A stretch of DNA of 64,000 bases, taken from IMG/VR virus record IMGVR_UViG_3300032272_000003, positions 83,680 through 147,679 of that record; one strand, 5' to 3'. The translations under genes were made by a program, and so were the position numbers. Numbering within the stretch: the stretch's first letter is position 1; every line of letters begins with the position of its first letter. Below are positions 28,901-36,752 of this stretch, one piece after another. The notes under the pieces are model-generated. The model was given only the letters and a program-made list of their open reading frames with translations, did no database searches and was not told the origin of the DNA. The stretch comes from a virus.

Positions 28901-29349
28901 CTGCGGTCTCTACTGTTGACCTGGCTTCTATGTCAAGAGGCTATGCCCTGGATGGTACCATCACTGGTGAGGGTACCATCACTGATGCTGTCCTCGGCAC
29001 CCTGGTCGAATTCGGCTCTACAGTAACAGTCACATCATCTGTGAACACCCCAGATGTCAATGTATATACAACAGTCGCATTTGATTCTACTGTTACAGTG
29101 ACTTCAGCCGTAGTTGGTGCTGATCTTGATGTCCAGAAGACACTTGAGGCTACAGTGGAAGCTACCAGCACAACAACTGGTACCGTACTTAACACTGTGG
29201 AACTCTCAGGAGAGATCACCACTACATCGACCTCTCATGGCTTCTTCTTCAGTGATGTTGACCTGACCAACTGGCAAACTGCTGGTCCTGTGTGGAGACT
29301 CAAGGAAGATCATCGTACATTGATTATTAAGCCTGACAGACAGTTCTAA
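25981..29349 (+). CDS. Large repetitive virion fibre protein with LamG/concanavalin-like domain
   Basis: TIDFWVY...WVHVACV...LYVDG...F.G.IDEMRVS.TARWT.NFTPPT; long Ser/Thr-rich GQIDAVS repeats. Confidence 0.85.
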   Translation: MAALDLGTATSTAVASTTGALTTSLAFGGTTTAAASTTASFGIAFAFDGTITATASVATAPMVNVIYFDGQIDAVSAAERTVESGGSGIDTNTRLMMHMDSGTPTDSSQYGVTCVGAYPSATQTKFGANSYFYDGNGQNTTCGNLTELNIASEHTIDFWVYRDVADNGPLISNWDTTTTSYKAFRVLTGVDGSMVYEIYDTDNVSRQIVTASVIPLATWVHVACVFTAGALTLYVDGVSVGTIAAPNPMRVPTSFQTRIANSSTNGLSATGGNNRFRGFIDEMRVSDTARWTTNFTPPTVAYEAGTSEQVAGALISVDKPIAGQIDVESSSTSNIGLPIDFGGQIDTTSSINADLLADKEMAGQIDAVSSSASSDGLLVDRLLSGQIDATVSLDDGLVLLSSISGQINASAVIVGAVLGIESTQKSAISTIPLSSSSLGGDEVSGSIELDLSGTSAISVAPTSSSPLSGVEDQLSIELVLDGVSSISSAPMGASPLSGDEDDLEIVFDLYGATPAAISSIPLSSSPLGGEEDEGIALGVPVQLSGQSDSTSTISSNLGVLINIDTDIIEAYSYEENVSLDIGKEFQPTTVVVTSTVDVTPLLADKEIGGQIDVLSTVDAGFGIDIGVDGQIDAVSSVDVSLDVIKDLSLLTPINAVTTVSVTGELLVDKLLGGDIDVASTMSSPLDGIKVIYGNVDAVSTTTGDVTNFKFLEGTINATSTVEDTDFSYSIPLGGVCNANCTPTAELGIAQHLEAYSSPFAPDCEATVTATITNIKYVGATSTSSSNIVGALANIKELTGDCNAVSSGAIDSDLFFNKDLVGDTTATSSSTGNTEVSKLLSGTCLTTSSSSGVSVDVGNDIELIGHSSTVSVLTTTNGTITNDRPILGNVVGAVTAQGTMSSDDQLTGVINVVSSGSAEMINKSLEGSLSATSTVIVAAEMAIDKLFTSDVDVVSSGSAEMNDNLGVSLYAEEITAVSTVDLASMSRGYALDGTITGEGTITDAVLGTLVEFGSTVTVTSSVNTPDVNVYTTVAFDSTVTVTSAVVGADLDVQKTLEATVEATSTTTGTVLNTVELSGEITTTSTSHGFFFSDVDLTNWQTAGPVWRLKEDHRTLIIKPDRQF

Positions 29350-29373
29350 TAAATACAGTAATAAGGAATATAA

Positions 29374-29661
29374 ATGGCCCGTAAACGTAAAAAGATTTTT
29401 GCTAAAAACCCAGATTCTCAATTGGATTACAACATCCAGTGGGAAGAGTGGCTTGAAGGCGATACTATTTTAAGTAGTTCATGGGACGTACCTGCTGGCT
29501 TGAATCAACTTGCCAGTAATTATACGGTCGAAGGATTAGCCACGGTATGGCTTTCTGATGGAATCGTCGGAATAGAATACGAAGTAGTGAATACAATCGT
29601 AACATTAGCAGGAAGAATGGACCAACGTTCAATCTTTATAAAAGTGGTGAACCTTAAATGA
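29374..29661 (+). CDS. Small virion / fibre-associated protein
   Basis: K.PD..LDY...W..WL.GDTI.SS.W...TVWLS.G..G..Y.V.N.I.T..GR motif; AATAAATA at 29348-29355. Confidence 0.75.
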   Translation: MARKRKKIFAKNPDSQLDYNIQWEEWLEGDTILSSSWDVPAGLNQLASNYTVEGLATVWLSDGIVGIEYEVVNTIVTLAGRMDQRSIFIKVVNLK

Positions 29662-29930
29662 TTATAGATATAGCGGTATTACAATTTGCACTGACAGCTT
29701 TCTTAGGGCTGCTATCAATCGTTGGAGGATTGGTAGTTAATAGGATGTGGAAGAAGATGGATGATTTAGATAAAGCAGATCAAGACACCAATGATAAGAT
29801 ATTCAAATTAGGGGTATCAATCCCTACCAAGTATGTCAGCAAAGAAGAGCTGTACAAACTTGTGGATCGTTTATTCGATGAGTTGAAGTCTATCAATGGG
29901 AAACTTGATTCTAAAAAAGACAAAGACTAA
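29658..29930 (+). CDS. Single-TM membrane protein, holin/antiholin-like
   Basis: N-terminal TM plus coiled coil; directly before endolysin. Confidence 0.55.
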   Translation: MIIDIAVLQFALTAFLGLLSIVGGLVVNRMWKKMDDLDKADQDTNDKIFKLGVSIPTKYVSKEELYKLVDRLFDELKSINGKLDSKKDKD

Positions 29931-29942
29931 AAGGAGAATAAC

Positions 29943-30479
29943 ATGGCGGTATTTTTATCTACCGGTCATAACCCTAAAGCAGTAGGAGCCTGTAATGGCG
30001 ATTTTTGTGAGTACCCCGAAGCTGTTGTGTGGGTGGATCGTATATCGGAGATGCTTAAAGACTATGGCATCGAAGTAGTCAAGGTACCAACCGGTACACT
30101 TGGATCAAAGGTGAGATTTATTAATGCTCACTGTCAGAGGGGTGACATCGCCCTCGAAGTACACTTTAACAGTAACGTAAAGGCCCGTGGGTCTGAAACA
30201 CTTTATTATCCGAAGTCAGTCAGGGGTATGGAATTCGCATCCCTATTACAGGCGTTCCTGGCCGGAACCTTTCAACCTGACCGTGGTATTAAAGAAGGAT
30301 ACCATCACGGCGCTGGTTCAACTGGTCGTAAGTTACTATATTTTCTTGCTAAAACCAACCCAGTATCTCTTATCATAGAGCCTGAGTTCGTTTATAATAA
30401 GGACAAAATCATTGCAAAGCGTGAGCAAGGATGCCGTGCTATTGCCGCTGCTTGTAAGACTTACTTAATGGATAACTAA
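29943..30479 (+). CDS. Endolysin, N-acetylmuramoyl-L-alanine amidase (Amidase_3)
   Basis: GH...E, EVHFNS, G.ETLY, IIEPEF zinc-amidase motifs. Confidence 0.9.
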   Translation: MAVFLSTGHNPKAVGACNGDFCEYPEAVVWVDRISEMLKDYGIEVVKVPTGTLGSKVRFINAHCQRGDIALEVHFNSNVKARGSETLYYPKSVRGMEFASLLQAFLAGTFQPDRGIKEGYHHGAGSTGRKLLYFLAKTNPVSLIIEPEFVYNKDKIIAKREQGCRAIAAACKTYLMDN

Positions 30480-30482
30480 GAG

Positions 30483-30851
30483 ATGGAAGAGACTACAGTA
30501 GAGGCAACGGTAGGAATAGGTGAGATGATCGCTCCCTATGTGACCGATCCGTTCGTCATGATTATACTCGGTGCAATAGCTGCTTTACTACAGCGTGTCG
30601 TCGATAAGAATACTGACGGAGAGAAGGTATCACTATGGGGCTATATTAAGAAGAACCCCTATCGCCTTGCCATCTCTGTAGTCGGCCTCCTGGTTGGGTA
30701 CTCTGTACTCCTTCAATTGGGTGAGCTTACAATCATCAACGCCCTGGGTGTTGGTTATTTCTCCCATAATGTAGTAGAGTCATTCGCTGGTAAAGTGAAC
30801 TCAGGCAAGCTACAGGAGAAGGCGAAAGAAAAAGAGGAAGCCGATGACTGA
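30483..30851 (+). CDS. Holin-like protein (2-3 TM segments, charged C-terminus)
   Basis: Hydrophobic segments; position in lysis cassette. Confidence 0.65.
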   Translation: MEETTVEATVGIGEMIAPYVTDPFVMIILGAIAALLQRVVDKNTDGEKVSLWGYIKKNPYRLAISVVGLLVGYSVLLQLGELTIINALGVGYFSHNVVESFAGKVNSGKLQEKAKEKEEADD

Positions 30852-31167
30852 TTTTTATGACCTATGCGATGCACTTCTTGAGACCGTGCAGCCTAATATC
30901 CTTATTGAGAAAGCTCAAAGTGAATTTGAGACTCTCAAAAAGAATAAGAAACCTCTCACGGACGATGAACGTAAAGAGTGTATGGATTGCAAAGCTGTTT
31001 GGCACCATGGACCGAATGGTGAACCAAGTCCTGCTGTCTGGAAGTCTGTTAACCCTGATAGTGGGAAGACGACGTTCGTAACAAATACTCATCGAGCTTA
31101 CAACACGGCATCCACAATGAAGGGTGCTATTAACAAATACCATAACTTTATAAAGGGGACAGCGTAA
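30844..31167 (+). CDS. Hypothetical protein within lysis cassette
   Basis: Coupled ORF with phage-like codon usage. Confidence 0.7.
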   Translation: MTDFYDLCDALLETVQPNILIEKAQSEFETLKKNKKPLTDDERKECMDCKAVWHHGPNGEPSPAVWKSVNPDSGKTTFVTNTHRAYNTASTMKGAINKYHNFIKGTA

Positions 31168-31577
31168 TGATTGGTGCAGGATTGGCCCTTAATCTATTAG
31201 GGAACAAGAAAGCCCTTATGGGTATAGCATTAGCTATTGCTATTTCCGTCGTAGGCGGGTATATTTGGTACCTGAAGAGCGACATTACATCTCTCGAAGA
31301 AGACAAGGTTGAGTTGATTCAAGAGATTGGTGGGTTGATGGTCACTATCGAGAACTTCGAATATGCCATTGCCAACCAGAACAAGAATGTCCTCGAACTG
31401 AAGAGAAAGGCTATTGATGCTGATGTGAGACTCAAGAAGGCGGTTAAGGCTGCGTCAGTACTCCGTCAGAACCATAAGAAAGAGATCAGTAGCCTGAGCA
31501 CACAAAAGGTTCCACAGCAATGTGAAAGGGCTGTAGATTGGTTGCAAGAGAAAGCTGAGGATGAATTGAAATGGTAA
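31167..31577 (+). CDS. Inner-membrane spanin (Rz-like)
   Basis: N-terminal TM, periplasmic coiled coil, C-terminal Cys. Confidence 0.8.
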   Translation: MIGAGLALNLLGNKKALMGIALAIAISVVGGYIWYLKSDITSLEEDKVELIQEIGGLMVTIENFEYAIANQNKNVLELKRKAIDADVRLKKAVKAASVLRQNHKKEISSLSTQKVPQQCERAVDWLQEKAEDELKW

Positions 31578-31816
31578 ATAAGCTCCCTACTATTAACAGT
31601 ATTGTGAAAGTCCCGGTTACCGGTGGGTTCCACCATGCCAGGATACAGTCAGTGAGATTCTGCCCATCTGGTGATATCTATGCGACTGCTAAGATCGAAC
31701 GGTCATTCATCAAAGGTGTCATCGTTACACCTGATGATAATAAAGTGATCATTGTCCCTATACATAAGGTTGACATATCACTTGAAGGGTATAGGAATCA
31801 TTATGATTACTCTTAA
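31571..31816 (+). CDS. Hypothetical beta-rich protein between the spanin genes
   Basis: Fills the Rz-Rz1 gap with overlaps. Confidence 0.55.
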   Translation: MVNKLPTINSIVKVPVTGGFHHARIQSVRFCPSGDIYATAKIERSFIKGVIVTPDDNKVIIVPIHKVDISLEGYRNHYDYS

Positions 31817-32117
31817 GATTAAGAACATTGCCCTGGCTGCTGTCCTGGTATTCGTATTGGGTGCCTGTGGTACCGCCCCACCTAAGATTGAGGTACGTGA
31901 AGTCCTTATCCCTGTGGCTGCTCAGTGTCCTGCACCACCTGCTGAGGCTTTTGAACGTCCTTGGTTACCTATCCATGATCTGACTGATGTTTCTACCAAT
32001 GATGAAGTCGTTAAGGCTTATGCATTGTCTGTAAAAGAACTTCAGACTTGGGGATTGACTCTCGAAGAGTATTTGAGGGGTTATATTCCTGATGAAACAG
32101 TTACAAATCCTGAATAA
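31803..32117 (+). CDS. Outer-membrane spanin lipoprotein (Rz1-like)
   Basis: Signal peptide with LGAC lipobox; Pro-rich CPAPP. Confidence 0.85.
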   Translation: MITLKIKNIALAAVLVFVLGACGTAPPKIEVREVLIPVAAQCPAPPAEAFERPWLPIHDLTDVSTNDEVVKAYALSVKELQTWGLTLEEYLRGYIPDETVTNPE

Positions 32118-32123
32118 CGATTA

Positions 32124-32160
32124 AGAATGAGCCGATTATATCCTGTATTCGGCTCATTCT
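32124..32160. terminator. 12-bp inverted repeat, probable terminator after the lysis cassette
   Basis: AGAATGAGCCGA...TCGGCTCATTCT. Confidence 0.7.
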
Positions 32161-32310
32161 CACAAATAACGATTGTAATCTCCCTAATAATAATAATAAT
32201 ATATGAATATTACGAATTTGTCAATATTCCCCCTAGGGGTCATGTATTTTGACCACTTTTAGAACTACTTAGTTCCCTCTAATTTACACTCATTTTTAGT
32301 TTATTATGTA

Positions 32311-32339
32311 TTGTCTATTTTAGTGTATTGTGTTACGCT
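32311..32339 (+). promoter_or_regulatory. Candidate sigma70 promoter TTGTCT-17-(TG)TACGCT
   Basis: AT-rich upstream region; ATG 32346 lies 6 nt downstream of the -10. Confidence 0.5.
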
Positions 32340-32345
32340 ATTATC

Positions 32346-32723
32346 ATGACAAATAAATTTGACTATAGAGAACTTATGATATTCAAGAACAATGTGCTAC
32401 AGAGTAGCAACGAGGGTATGTTCAATATAATTGATGACATTATAGCGGCTGTCGATAACGATGCCTTTGACGCATATGCGATGCTACACACCCCGGAACT
32501 AACAGAAATACAGTGGTATGTGGTATTCTTTTGTCTAAGACACCACTACGCTATAAACGTCAACAAATGCAAGACCCAGTTTAATGGGCATAAACCCATG
32601 AAAGTAGTGATAGAGTACAAACCCTGGCAACCACACCTACAGGCTGCTGGGAGAATGTCTTTATACTTAGAGGCGATGGCAGAATCCAAGAAAATGGTAG
32701 ATGATGTGTATGCTGCCCTATAG
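32346..32723 (+). CDS. Hypothetical protein
   Basis: ORF; ATG start chosen at 32346. Confidence 0.7.
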   Translation: MTNKFDYRELMIFKNNVLQSSNEGMFNIIDDIIAAVDNDAFDAYAMLHTPELTEIQWYVVFFCLRHHYAINVNKCKTQFNGHKPMKVVIEYKPWQPHLQAAGRMSLYLEAMAESKKMVDDVYAAL

Positions 32724-33042
32724 ACTCACACCTGAGAACACGCCACGATTACAATTGTCCCTGTGTGTCTGGGATGGTAACGGGTGCTTCTATAAATCAA
32801 TCGTCAGGCCACATAACGTTCAGGGGTACCACTTTCTGAAAACGTTGGAGGATGGTGTATACATGGGAAGGTCATTAAACGAAGCCGCACCGATACTTTA
32901 TCAAATTATCAAATACCAGAACCAGATGGTGAGAGTTCCTAATATGACCATGGATCAAGACGCTATGATTCACTATATGTTTGAATCGGGTATGGATGTT
33001 CCTGATCTTGATGAGTACATAACGGTACTGTGGGCATTATGA
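32701..33042 (+). CDS. Family D paralog (LEDGVY)
   Basis: Shared L.xEDGxY motif. Confidence 0.75.
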   Translation: MMCMLPYRLTPENTPRLQLSLCVWDGNGCFYKSIVRPHNVQGYHFLKTLEDGVYMGRSLNEAAPILYQIIKYQNQMVRVPNMTMDQDAMIHYMFESGMDVPDLDEYITVLWAL

Positions 33043-33413
33043 AGGTTTATAAACTCACTGAAGAGAAATTCGTTTCATTGAAACTGGAACGGCTTTATGA
33101 TACAGAGTGGTGTGGTATAAAAAGTTATTACGACATTGGTAACACGGTATTTAATGATAATAAACCCATCACCTATTTCCCATACTTAATGGCTATCGAG
33201 GATGGGTGTTACTTCTTCACCCACCGAAGGAATCAAATGGCCATCTACCTGTTGAAGCATAGAGGTGAGCTGATAGTTATAGATGATACCGATGAGGGGG
33301 AGATGGAGATATCAATGACGTATGACATGGACGAAGCAATAATCCATGATGCGCTGTTAGATAGTTCGATAGAGGACATGGTTGGTTATCTGAGGCTGAT
33401 ACTTTCATTATGA
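33039..33413 (+). CDS. Family D paralog (IEDGCY)
   Basis: Shared motif; ATGA overlap. Confidence 0.75.
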   Translation: MKVYKLTEEKFVSLKLERLYDTEWCGIKSYYDIGNTVFNDNKPITYFPYLMAIEDGCYFFTHRRNQMAIYLLKHRGELIVIDDTDEGEMEISMTYDMDEAIIHDALLDSSIEDMVGYLRLILSL

Positions 33414-33736
33414 GTAACCTCGAACACATCACGAAGAAGAACTTCAAGGCCACTATGGTCCATATGACCTGGTTCAAAGTTGCTCCTTCCCAAAACCATT
33501 ACATACGTAGATGGGGTGTGAATTCCACTATAAGACTTCAAACATACCAGTCACTAACACAATTGGATGATGGAGTGTACATGGCTCTTGATAGGATGTT
33601 GATACTTTACAATGGTGAGATGTTCTGGATGAACCGTGTTAATAATATGCACCAGGTAATTCATGATACCTTTATGGGTAAGTTTGATGATAACCTTACT
33701 CTTTACAATCGACTTAAAATTTTAATAGGAATGTAA
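33410..33736 (+). CDS. Family D paralog (LDDGVY)
   Basis: Shared motif; ATGA overlap. Confidence 0.75.
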   Translation: MSNLEHITKKNFKATMVHMTWFKVAPSQNHYIRRWGVNSTIRLQTYQSLTQLDDGVYMALDRMLILYNGEMFWMNRVNNMHQVIHDTFMGKFDDNLTLYNRLKILIGM

Positions 33737-33737
33737 A

Positions 33738-34193
33738 ATGACAACACCATACATATACAAGGTGATGCAAGTAAATGTACTTCGTGGTGATACGATGGAA
33801 TTGACTATCGATCTGGGGTTTGAACAGTATTTGGGTGTTACCATGAGTATCAACGGCGTTATGGTGCCCAACAGCATCGATGAGACAGAGATTACTGCTG
33901 GCGAACCTGTCAGAAAGGCTGTGCAATTGTTTATGAGACGCCACCATGAGAACAATGGTCATTGGTGGATACGTTCAGAAGAAGCAGCCAAACTAGGGGA
34001 GACTATAGTAGTTGGTGGTGACATATACCCAACATTCGAGGATGCATGTAATTGTTATTACGGTAATAGTGTCAAAGGCTTCATACATAATACAGGGCTA
34101 CACTTAACCTACCATGGTAATGGCGATAAGGTAACAAATCTGAAAGAGATCAAACAAAATGCGGAGGTGTATCTTGTCCACGAAAATCTATAA
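33738..34193 (+). CDS. Thermonuclease (SNase)-like protein, degenerate
   Basis: YIYK...V.VLRGDT....IDLGF resembles phage SNase Y.Y...V..VVDGDT...IDLGF. Confidence 0.55.
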   Translation: MTTPYIYKVMQVNVLRGDTMELTIDLGFEQYLGVTMSINGVMVPNSIDETEITAGEPVRKAVQLFMRRHHENNGHWWIRSEEAAKLGETIVVGGDIYPTFEDACNCYYGNSVKGFIHNTGLHLTYHGNGDKVTNLKEIKQNAEVYLVHENL

Positions 34194-34298
34194 TGGTTTA
34201 AATTCAAATCCAATGACATTATCCAGGCCATGAAGGACTTAAGACTCATCCAGACTATAAGGCTATTAAGGCATACATGGGCATGACCACAACGTAGA

Positions 34299-35909
34299 TT
34301 AGAATACAAACGGCAGGGCGTCCAAGTCTTCACTGTCATCTTCGGTGGCCAGGGCCACGGCACCCATGTTGTTCATCTTCTCATCACAGTCATCATCGTA
34401 CCGAGCCATCTCACTTAAACAGAGCGTGGTCAGTACGGCACCCATGGCCAGATCGTCCTTCTTACCAGACTCGGCGGCGAACGATGCACCTTTCTTAACG
34501 AAGAACTTCAGTTCACTCAGTAATGCACGGCTATGAATAGTCATAGCATGAGACTCAACCAAATCTTTCAACCTAGAACAGCCCTTCAGCTTGGTAGGGT
34601 TGGTCATCAATATACCCTTTTTCTTTCTCTGGGATACGAACTCAGCATCATCAAGGATCGGGTGATCAGAATTCTGCAATAGATGGATGACACCCATACC
34701 GATTGGGTTGGATTCGATTGTGTAGTAAATCTGTCGGCACTTCATCTTGTCAAGCAGTATCAGGACTTTGATGATCTTCTTGGCGAAGTCGGTAAGGTTC
34801 ATGTTATTGTCACGGAACTCACCCACCTGCTCGAATGTCTTCTTGTCGAATATCTGGATAACCGAGTAGTCACCACCGGCACCGATACCCTCTGCCACGT
34901 CAATACCCAGCACAAGCTCTCTACGAGCCACCACACCATAGAAGTCGATGTCGTCAATGACCTTGACCGGTTCGATCCATGGAAGCCTCTCAAGGCATGA
35001 GGATTGTATCAAGGTACCTTTATCAGATACGAAGGCACACTCAAACTCCTGGGCATACTTGGTAGCGGTCATCTTCTGGAGCATCTTCTTTTTGAATGCC
35101 TCAGTTCTGCCTGGTACCTCACCACTGAACACCTGGATAGGAGCAAAACCATTATCACCTCGCTCGGCACCGAACCATAGCTCAGCGAACAATCCTTCGG
35201 ATGTATTAGGGGTGGATGTGATGATTACTTTCTTACCATCTAGTTCACCACCAGATAATGATGGCAGGATAGAGGTCCAGAACTCTTCAGCGATACGTGG
35301 TTCAACGAACGCAAACTCATCCAGGTACAGACCTCCTGTGAGCGTGAACCCACGGAAGGTATCGTCTGTGGTCGTTGCAGATATTACTGTTGAGTGGTTA
35401 TCGAACTCAACCTGATGCTTATTGTACTCGATTACCGCTGGCTTGATCCATGATGGTAGGAATTCATAAGCATATTTGAATCGTTTAATAAGATCGATGG
35501 CATTCTTACCCTTATGTGCTGCCATACCGATTACCTTGTCTTGGAAGAAACACGTCATCCATAGATAGAAGGCAACGATTAGAGTTGACTTGCCAGACTG
35601 CCTGGGCTGAAGAAGGATTGAATAGTCATTGGCCACCAGGCTCTTGATGATTTTCTTCTGGTATTTACGGAGTTTGAATAGGGCAGAGCCTTTGTCAGTT
35701 TGGATGTAAACGAAGTTCTCTATGAAGTAAATAGGATTCTTAAAGCACTTGACGTACTCAACCTCCTGCCAATCTTCAAGGACATCACTCTCATGGGGCT
35801 TCTTAATAGATGCTCTCTTGGTTATGTTGCCTTTTGAGTCAGTACCCCTCGCCTCAATAAGGCGCGGTTTGTTCTTAGTTCTCACACGTTTGGTTGGTTC
35901 ATCTGCCAT
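34299..35909 (-). CDS. terL: Terminase large subunit (T4 gp17-like)
   Basis: PRQSGKS Walker A, LYLDEFAFV Walker B, QEFEC, GIDVAEG, DDLAM; probable start MADEP at 35909 (frame open to TTG 36044). Confidence 0.97.
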   Translation of the reverse strand: MADEPTKRVRTKNKPRLIEARGTDSKGNITKRASIKKPHESDVLEDWQEVEYVKCFKNPIYFIENFVYIQTDKGSALFKLRKYQKKIIKSLVANDYSILLQPRQSGKSTLIVAFYLWMTCFFQDKVIGMAAHKGKNAIDLIKRFKYAYEFLPSWIKPAVIEYNKHQVEFDNHSTVISATTTDDTFRGFTLTGGLYLDEFAFVEPRIAEEFWTSILPSLSGGELDGKKVIITSTPNTSEGLFAELWFGAERGDNGFAPIQVFSGEVPGRTEAFKKKMLQKMTATKYAQEFECAFVSDKGTLIQSSCLERLPWIEPVKVIDDIDFYGVVARRELVLGIDVAEGIGAGGDYSVIQIFDKKTFEQVGEFRDNNMNLTDFAKKIIKVLILLDKMKCRQIYYTIESNPIGMGVIHLLQNSDHPILDDAEFVSQRKKKGILMTNPTKLKGCSRLKDLVESHAMTIHSRALLSELKFFVKKGASFAAESGKKDDLAMGAVLTTLCLSEMARYDDDCDEKMNNMGAVALATEDDSEDLDALPFVF

Positions 35910-35942
35910 GGATTTTTTACCTATCATTTCATAAATACTATT

Positions 35943-36020
35943 GAAGCGGGTGTATATAATGTCGCCTACGTTAGAAGTGTTTTTCATCCTCCTTTTTGAT
36001 ACTTCACACCCGCTCCTTTT
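35943..36020 (+). ncRNA. Candidate late small RNA (three-way junction, anti-SD loop), antisense to terminase leader
   Basis: CATAAATA at 35930-35937; P1 AGCGGGTGT/ACACCCGCT, P2 TAATGT/ACGTTA, P3 GAAGTGT/ATACTTC; G-U pairs favour + strand. Confidence 0.4.
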
Positions 36021-36049
36021 ACTACTTCCTTTTACATACCTCAAACTTG

Positions 36050-36057
36050 TATTTATA
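36050..36057 (-). promoter_or_regulatory. Late promoter TATAAATA for terminase
   Basis: Perfect T4 late consensus just downstream of a terminator. Confidence 0.75.
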
Positions 36058-36063
36058 CATAAT

Positions 36064-36089
36064 AAAAAGCCCCGTATTACCGAGGCTTA
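36064..36089 (-). terminator. Intrinsic terminator
   Basis: AAGCCTCG-gtaata-CGGGGCTT then T run on - strand. Confidence 0.75.
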
Positions 36090-36113
36090 AAGTTCTTCTT
36101 ATTGTCGTTTTTG

Positions 36114-36752
36114 TTATTCGGATTTCAGAACCTTAATATAGTCTGAAAAAAGAGCCTCATGGACAGTTTTACATACTTTATCAAGCTCTGGCATAACATC
36201 TATGATACTAATGGGGATGAAATGCTCACGAAGTAGTACCTTCTGTGAATAAATGAAGAGAAGGTTGTTTACGTTCTTGGCACCTGCTAACTCATCTAAA
36301 TTTTCTTCGATAAGATCAGCTATCGAACGACGTTTACGAACACCACTGACTGTGATACCTTCCTTATCATCGCCTGACTCGTTCACTGCTTTCTTACGTT
36401 TGGTTGGGGATTTCTTAGCACCCTTACCCTTTGCAGTTGGTCTGGTGGCTGTTACATCGATTGGTTGGATAATCTCAATCTCAAGATCGTTAACAGGAGT
36501 GAACAGACGTTCATTCTCTACTATAATCTCCAGACGAGAGTTATATTCACCAGGGCCGATCATCTCTTTGAGTACAGGAAGGTTGAAAACTGCTTCTGCA
36601 TTGACGACAAGTGTTTCGAATGTCAACTGGACACCCTCTTTCTCGATTACATACCGAGCCTTGATGTTTTTGGTTTCAATACCCTTAACATCAACACCAA
36701 ATTCAATTGTGTTGACTTCTCTGTTGTCTAAAATTAGTCTTTCCGCTGCCAT
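36114..36752 (-). CDS. Hypothetical late protein (beta-sandwich N-terminus, basic linker)
   Basis: ORF in late - strand operon. Confidence 0.75.
   Translation of the reverse strand: MAAERLILDNREVNTIEFGVDVKGIETKNIKARYVIEKEGVQLTFETLVVNAEAVFNLPVLKEMIGPGEYNSRLEIIVENERLFTPVNDLEIEIIQPIDVTATRPTAKGKGAKKSPTKRKKAVNESGDDKEGITVSGVRKRRSIADLIEENLDELAGAKNVNNLLFIYSQKVLLREHFIPISIIDVMPELDKVCKTVHEALFSDYIKVLKSE

Noticed and set aside
20157-29349. Diversity-generating retroelement or invertible tail-fibre shufflon
   Set aside because: No reverse transcriptase or invertase, and I saw no TR/VR pair differing at adenines or flanking inverted repeats within the window
26679-29421. Numerous antisense ORFs inside long structural genes (also 34345-35934, 52620-53162, 59250-59579)
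   Set aside because: Shadow frames of biased-codon genes with no SD or recognisable motifs
32160-32310. Replication origin in the AT-rich gap
   Set aside because: AT-rich with a (TAA)n run and a CCCCTAGGGG palindrome but no iterons; adequately explained as terminator plus promoter upstream region
35943-36015. Purine riboswitch
   Set aside because: Three-way junction and ATATAAT are superficially similar, but the conserved junction and loop-loop nucleotides are missing and no gene follows on that strand
35910-36044. 45-aa N-terminal extension of terminase from TTG 36044
   Set aside because: The region is better explained as structured non-coding sequence and MADEP has an AGGT SD; not fully excluded because the TTG sits 5 nt after the late box
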